Assembly: GCF_009914755.1 (NCBI RefSeq)
Contig: NC_060927.1
DNA length: 64,000 nt
From: the human T2T-CHM13v2.0 reference genome, Homo sapiens
Reading direction: 5' to 3' (one strand)
This document shows, in pieces, positions 56,271 to 64,000 of this stretch. The notes under the pieces are model-generated. The model saw nothing but the letters and a program-made list of their open reading frames with translations. It had not been told where the DNA came from and made no database searches. A program made the position numbers and the translations under genes. Every line of letters begins with the position of its first letter. Position 1 is the first letter of the stretch.

Positions 56271-56470
56271 TCTGCATTTCGAATGTCTATTTTTATTTTT
56301 GTATTTCACTTCTGTTGTAATTTTTGATCTTACGGCTCCAACACGGACTCTAATCCTGTGATTCAGATTTAAATAGACAACGTAAAAAGGCAACATCCTC
56401 CTAAAAATAGCTGCAAAACACTGTGATATGCACACACACCCCTTTCCTTAGGATCAGGAATACTATGCAG

Positions 56471-57005
56471 CAGCAGTCCCCAACCTTTTTGGCACCAGGG
56501 ACTGGTTTCGTAGAAGACATTTTTTCCACGAACGGTGGCAGGGAGGGGAAGGGGATGGTTTTGGGATGATTCAAATGTGTTACATTTATTATGCACATTA
56601 TTTCTATTATTATTACACTATAATATATAATGAAATAATTATAAACCTCACCATAATTTAGAATCAGTGGGAGCCCTGAGCTTATTTTCCTTCAACTAGA
56701 CAGTCCCATCTAGGGGTGATGGGAGACAGTGACAGATCATCAGGCATTAGATTCTCCTAATAAGCACACAACCTAGAACCCTCCCATGTGCAGTTCAAAA
56801 TAGAGTTCATACTCCTTTGAGAATCTGATGCCACTGCTGATGTGAGAGGAGGCAGAGCTCAGGCGGTAATGCGAGCTGTGGGGAGTGGCTGTAAATACAG
56901 ATGAAGCTTCGCTCACTAGCCTGTTGCTCACCTCCTGCTGCACAGCCGATTCCTAACAGATCACAGACTGGTACTGGTCCATGGCCTGGGGTTTGGGGAC
57001 CCCTG
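56471..57005 (+). mobile_element. MER1A (hAT-Charlie) non-autonomous transposon, full length
   Basis: TIRs cagcagtccccaac / tttggggacccctg; 8-bp TSD ctatgcag/ctatagag. Confidence 0.88.
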
Positions 57006-57985
57006 CTATAGAGACGTTCTTCACACTTATTAGGAAATGCAATACTTAGATGACATGTTACATTTCTAATTAGCAAGATGTATTTTAATTGAAGAAGGCA
57101 ACAAAGGAGAATGCATAAAAAAGAATAACTTCCTTGACTTTTGTTCATACCCATTTTTGTTCTAATGTGGCCATTAAGATTTTAAATATTATTTTAAGAA
57201 AATACAATGTTTAAGACAATAAGAACTAATCTGGGCTCATTCACTAGTTCAGTCTGTCAACATTTTATTTTTATATGCAAATTTTTATTTATTTCAAATG
57301 TAAATGTTATGTATTTGGTGACTAATACTGTGAAAAACTGTTAAGATTCCTCTTAATCCTCTGGCAAAATGAAGCAAATCACTGGGTAGCAACAGATACT
57401 GTTTTTTAGCTCTGATCTGAATGAAGTCAGAGAGAAGGCTGTGATCTTACCAGTCACATCCTGGACTTTGTCTGAGGGCTCACATCAGATCTAATTATCC
57501 CAGGATTCTGACAGCTTGAAAACTCAGGCAACGATACAGACTTGGGCAAAATCTAAAACATATTCTAGTTAGAATCACAAAATACTTTCTATCAGAGAGG
57601 GAATCAAAAAGTATGTATTATAGACTTTTAGGTTCTATTGCTTCTGTAAGGATTAGCATTATTAAACACATTTAACTATAAAAGAAATAATAGAAATACA
57701 CTATATGTTTAGTATGCTACTATTTATGAACTCCAGCTGTGGGATATCACCATGGTAACAGGAATATACAATCAAAGCAGGTTTCCATGCTACGATGGCA
57801 GCATTACTCATTTAAAGAATGTAATATGCTGAAGACAGGAAGAAACAATTTCACAATATTATCATTGGCCCGCTCATAAAAGAAGAAAAAGATGAGTATT
57901 CAAAATGGCAGATAGAAACAATGGAACCATTCTGTTGGACAATCACTGGCAGTCACTCTTTTAACTGAGAGAATAAAATGTTTTA

Positions 57986-58292
<307 letters not shown>

Positions 58293-59655
58293 ATTAATTC
58301 ATCAGTTAATTAAAAAATAAATGAATAAATGAATGAGTGAATGAATGAAAATGCATGAATGAATGACAAAAGAATGATTTAAAAAACAGAGGAAGAACAT
58401 TCAGGTAGAAGAACTACTGTGTCAAAATGACCATGTGACATTTGTTTATAACCACTCCTATAAGAAAAAACTGGATAAAATCTATCAGTTTGATGCTCTG
58501 TGTATATATATATTTAGTATTCAGGTTGGAACAAAGTTTAAAATATGCATAAGATTAGGTCATTGCCCTAAAGGAACATGTGTGCAGGAGTGTGCATTTA
58601 TTAGTTCACTTAGTAAATATTTATTGAGTGCATTTAGGTGCCTGGGAACACAAATACAAGGCATTGTCCCTGGCCTTAAAGACAGTCCTTTAAATAACAA
58701 TTTAGTGTAACTCCTGATATAGAAGTACATATAAAATACTATAAGAACATAACATCATAGCAATATTCTTCCAAATTATTCAGAAAGAATTATGCTTGTA
58801 TCTATATAAAAATTTAGGTTTTATTGAAAATTAAGTGGTACACATTTATGAAATGCTATAAAAGTCACAATCAGTTTAATTGACTAGAGGCAGATTAGTA
58901 GACATAAAGACATTTAACTGAAATATACCTCTTCAACTTAAAAACAAATAATTACAAGTGATATAAATTTCTAAACTATCTAACTCCCATAGGAAAGTAT
59001 AACAAGATTGTAGTGAAGTAAAGCTTTATTAAATGACACTGCTGACTGCCAAATAAGCTACTGAAGTGTGACTTCTAGGACAATAATGCTTGAGATCATC
59101 ATTCTACTCTTTGTGGGGTAAAAAACAGAAAGGATCAATTTGAAAATGTCTCAGCTCCCTTGACAGAAAGCTCACCAGTGTGCCAGAGAGAATGAAATAT
59201 GAATGGTCTTGGGAGCGGGTGATAAGATCAAGGAGAAACACTAGAGTCACCTTGGAACATTCTGCTTCTCATGTTATGTTCCCAGCATTTCCTTTCGATT
59301 GTTAGTGCCACTACTGAAAAGAGGCTCAAGCTTCAACTTAATTCAATGGAAAGCAGGTTGAGACTGCAACTTTTCCCAAATTCACATAGGGCAGATACTG
59401 TTTTCTCCCAAGCAGTAAGGTATACAAAAATTCTTTTTAAAATTTCTCTTAAAGCCTAGACCTACCCTCTCACATGGATCACTGAAGATGAAAACCCATT
59501 TAGTAAAGAAAATTGAAATGTCTTCACAGCTAAAAAAAACACTGCTACCTGGAGCACTTCAACTACTTGAGCTGTTGTATCTCAAATACTTTTCTGTCAT
59601 TCTCCATTATCCATCCATTCAATAACCATTCTTTAAATGCTTACTATGTCCTAGA

Positions 59656-59810
59656 CCTGGGGCTGCAAACTTTTTCTTAAAGGGCCAGGTAGTGAATATT
59701 TTAGGACAAGATGTAAAATCAAGGACATTTTGTAGGTACTTATATAGGAATTTAAATATACACCACTTAAAATGTAAAATCATTTTTAACTTGCAGTAAA
59801 AAGGGTCACA
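59656..59810. mobile_element. MER58-like fragment
   Basis: ggggctgcaaactttttcttaaagggccaggtagtgaatattttagg. Confidence 0.6.
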
Positions 59811-60104
59811 AATCAATAAAACCAGCATTAATAACATATGTCATTCTTTCAACAATTTAGGGAGGTATTATTCTTCTCATTTTTCAGAAGAGGAAATCAG
59901 GCTCAGACTAGTCATGTGATTTGTTTGTATTTGTACATTGTAGAGCCAGTATTCAAACTTATGTCTTCTGGGGAACAGTACATCAATATCACCAGCTCCG
60001 CATATGTAGCTCTCTCACATGCATAGTGATGAAATGATTTCTACTAACTCAGATTATGGAGTATATCCTAGAATATGTATTACATAGTATTATTAATTAA
60101 CATT

Positions 60105-60320
60105 GGTAATAATATAGTGAGCATTTATGACTTTGGTGACCTGACGTTCTTCTAGGTTCTTAGGTCCTTGATCCCGTTTGATCATCACAACACCCAACAG
60201 AGAAGCTACTATTATTTTTCTGTTTTACGAAGGGGTAAACTGAGGAAGAAAGAGGTTATATAACTTGCCTAGCATGCCATTACTACTCTGTAGCAGAACT
60301 GGTGCTTTATTCCACGTCTT
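60105..60320 (-). mobile_element. MIR fragment
   Basis: tactattatt...ttttacgaaggggtaaactgagg...agaggttatataacttgcct resembles the MIR core. Confidence 0.65.
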
Positions 60321-61667
60321 CCTTAAGTTAACTTTGTTTTGAGACTCAAGTCTCAAGTCTGTTTCAATCTAAGATTATTTTTTCTTGTTCATCCTTCAGG
60401 ATTTCTGAGGAATAACTACTTTCTTCCATTTCTTAGGTCAAAAAAAATCACATAATTCAAACTATTAATAAAAACTGTATCTTTCAGGATTAAAGAGTGA
60501 AATCGTGTAGTTTCTCTGAGTGTTAAATTATAACATTTATGAAAAACCAATAAGATAAATAATAAAAATCATTCCAGAAAAATGCAAAATTTGAGAGTAG
60601 CCATGTTGGTGATGTTAACATATCTTCCTATGTAAAAATTTGTATGTAAAATATCCTAAGGGAATGTATTTGGTCAGCATGGAACATTGGAAGGGAGAAA
60701 ATGCAGGAGTTTCCCAAGAGGAAAACTCGCACACAGCCCTAAAAATGAAGTAACCCAAAGAAATGCCTTGTCAAAATTCCACTACCAAGCATTTCCTTCC
60801 TACAGAGATAGATGAATACGGTGAATACAATCTGATGCCATTACACATTATCATCACTCCACCTAGTGACAATGGCAAATAGGTTTCATGCTACCTGCCA
60901 AATCCTAATGAACTACAGTGGAAGATCTTCAGGGCTGTGTTGAAAGGCTCTGTTGGCCAAGTCTGAACTCAGCGGCGGTAAGTATCATGACTGATTAGCC
61001 ATGTCTGCCCAAGTCAGGAGGAAGGGTGGCACCATATATGAAGACCTTTCACACCACTCAATCCCATTTCTCTGATTTTGAGAGCAAAAAATTTGTGAAA
61101 GTAATTGGGATTTCATGTATCTTCCTGTACAGGGAATAGCCTGATATCCAAGAGTCTACCTCTCTTGACCACTGTATTTCTGGTCTGCAAATTAATCAGT
61201 TGGCATTCTGGTTCATTGACTAGTCTGTTGTGTACCTGGTTATATAAACTTAAACTGGGCAGTAACATCCATTCTCAGTGAACTGACAAGGTCAATTTTT
61301 GTGAGTCAACAACATTAATGAGCAAACTCAGATTCTGGTAAATTCACAAAAGTAAATCTTATGTGACCTCTTAGAAGCCAAACAGTGAGACAGCCTTCCC
61401 ATTAAGAAAAAACTCTATCAGACACTTCTTCTAGATTTGAACAAAGAATATTTTTAATCAAATTCAGTTTCACCATTTCCAAATTTAATAATTTCCTTTC
61501 TTAAATTTTTTCTTCACAGATTTGCTATTGCCAGTGTTAGATGACGTTTAATTTTATACAAACACTCTCATTACCTCTCATTATGATGTTTAAAACCAAT
61601 GAGAGTACCTTGAGGAGAATCTAGTTCTCTCTCAAACTATGATTATATCAGCCTGTCAACATTATAG

Positions 61668-62195
61668 TAGTTGTGCCCTGCACAATGACATTTCGGTAAT
61701 GGACCACATACATCATGGTGATCCTATAAGATTATAATGAAGCTGAAAAATTCCTATTGCCTGGTGGGTGACATCATAGCCACCTTAACGTCATAGCACA
61801 AAGCATTACTCACGTGTTTGTGTGATGCTGGTGTAAACAAACCTACTGTGCAGCTGGTTGCATAAAAGTATAGCACATATACTTGTGTACAGTACATAAT
61901 ATGTGATAATGATAATAAATGAATGTTACTGGTTTATGTACTTATTATACTATACTTTTTATCATTATTTTAGAGTATACTCCTACTTATGAAAAAAAGT
62001 TAACCGTAACATAGTCTCAGATAGGTTCTTCAGGAGGTATTCTAGAAGAAGGCGTTGTTATCATAGGAGATGACAGCTCCACGTGTGTTACTGCCCCTGA
62101 AGACCTTCCAGTGGGACAAGATGTGGAGGTAGAAGACAGTGATATTGATGATCCTGACCCTGTACAGGCCTAGGCTAGTATGTGTGTGTGCCTCT
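61668..62195 (+). mobile_element. Tigger3b/c (MER7-type) TcMar fragment
   Basis: cctataagattataatgaagctgaaaaattcctattgcct...gaagaccttccagtgggacaagatgtggagg...aggcctaggcta. Confidence 0.85.
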
Positions 62196-62297
62196 TTTCT
62201 AAACTCAAATACACTGAGTCATACTCCATTTATGACGGCATCATTTCCTTTTCATATGGTCACATCACCTTAACTAAACCCATGTTTCTAGTTTTAC

Positions 62298-62501
62298 CTT
62301 TCGGACGTTTGCCAACCGATTCATCATCAAGGACTCCTCACGATCATCATCGTCGTCCAAGTCGAGCATCGGCATGCCAAAGGGGTCAATGATGCTGCAA
62401 CACCTGGAGCCTTCATCTCTTGGATCAAAGGGATCCACGATTATGGGCTCAGTTCCTTTTATTTCACAACGACAGAAAGGGCAGCCCTGACCATCCGACT
62501 C
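62298..62501 (-). CDS. CBLB: CBLB exon 10: C-terminal part of the C3HC4 RING finger plus acidic linker (204 bp, phase 0-0)
   Basis: tttgtttag|GAG TCG...CGA AAG|gtaaaa; translates [68 protein letters not shown]. Confidence 0.98.
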
Positions 62502-64000
62502 CTAAACAAATAGAAAATGCATGGATTGGTTTTGTTCAAAATAAACAGTACCGAGAAATGCTAATAATGTTCTACAACTATAAAAGTCACACCCCCAAAA
62601 AGACTTTTTGGGGTAGGAGGTGGGGGAAGATTTCTCTTGAAGTGGTAGTGGGTATAGAACAGGGAGCCAACAAAATGTATAATAAATGGTCAGTATCTTC
62701 AGTTTCCGAAGGAAAAAAAAAGTTTTAAGAAAGTTTGATTTTCCCAAGAAAAGAAACCTCTTTATTTTCCTGACTGTTCACTTATTATTCTAATGTATCA
62801 AGGCATTAGAGTCCTGAAGAAAACTGGAAATTGAATCGTATCTCTCCTTATGAAAAGAGTGCAGTACTAACCAAACATTCCATAAAAAAGTATATTTTGG
62901 TAAAAATTCATAATAAAGCAGTAGTATCGGTGAGAAAAATACAATACTTGTGCATCTAACTGTGGCTAAATATTTGTTTTAACTGCCTGTGTATTTTAAA
63001 AACTTTATACACAATTAGGAAAAATTAAAATGTGTACATTTATATTCAAAAGCCATCATCTGTCCTGAAAGCCTGTCATCCTGACACACAGCTCAAATAT
63101 AAAGTTCTCTGTGAGATACTAAGTTTTGCCCTTATCTTGCTTTTAAACAATATGATACAAAAAGATTTGTGCAAATACTTTTGGGCTGGAAATGTATTTA
63201 CTGGTCATTATTGGATGTTTTGCTCAAAGTTTCCTACATTCATTTCTCAAAACTAACTACATTAAAAATTCACAATTTGCAGGGAAATAAAGACTGTTTT
63301 CTTGCCCTACAGACAACATTGCTTTCTAGAGATAAGATGGTATATGATATTCTCCACCCGATTTTTGGTTTTGCATTATACCCTGACTTTAGCAATGTGT
63401 TATTTAAAAGTGGCAAAAATCACAAAATTACTTTAAGGGAGAAATGGGATGAAATAGCACCATTTCAGTGGCAAGACAAGGGATGCAGAGAGCTGACGTC
63501 TTTAAAGAAACTGTTCCATAATTAATTCAGGACTGTCCTGTCCACTTGGTTTAATAGGAAATTAGTGATCTACCTGCCCAACAGTGATGTTTGGATCAAG
63601 GATGGAATAACTCTCTCACTCTCTTCTCACTGAACAACTACCTCACATCTACTTTGTGGCAGATCCTGTGATAGTTTATTCTTTCTAAGTCTCAGTCAGC
63701 TCAACAAATTGAACACCTCCTTTGCCAAACAAAGTGTCAAAAAACAAAAAACACTGAGCTTGCTTAAGAAAAATCAATTGCAACATATTCTTATTCATCT
63801 GCTTGTACATAATTTGGAAAAGAAACTTGGAATGGTAAAACAGTTGAACTAAGGTGGTATAAAGAAATACAGACATATAAATATAGAATCCTTCAAGGTT
63901 TACCACCATACATGTTCATGTCCAGGGGGCTTCAAAACACATTAAATATTATTTGCTCCATCATTTTACAGATAACAAAACCAAGATTTAATTCTTCTAT

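Overview
Primate (almost certainly human) genomic DNA carrying the 3' part of CBLB (E3 ubiquitin ligase Cbl-b) on the minus strand. Ten coding exons (canonical exons 10-19, residues ~402-982) were traced by hand. All have GT-AG boundaries and consistent phases, and together they encode the end of the RING finger, the proline-rich region, the tyrosine motifs and the UBA domain. The stop is at 1144-1146 and the 3' UTR lies at the window start. The rest is AT-rich intron with many Alus, a HERV-K(HML-6)-type LTR3 solo LTR containing a 37-bp VNTR, MaLR LTRs, DNA transposon fossils, L1/L2/MIR fragments and microsatellites. I find no evidence of a new biological system. The best second-look items are an apparent ancient tandem duplication of exons 16-18, a candidate 3-nt microexon with downstream RBFOX sites, several routes to UBA-less isoforms, and the LTR-borne VNTR. 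Exon and residue numbers and repeat subfamily names come from memory of the reference protein and consensus sequences, not from a search.
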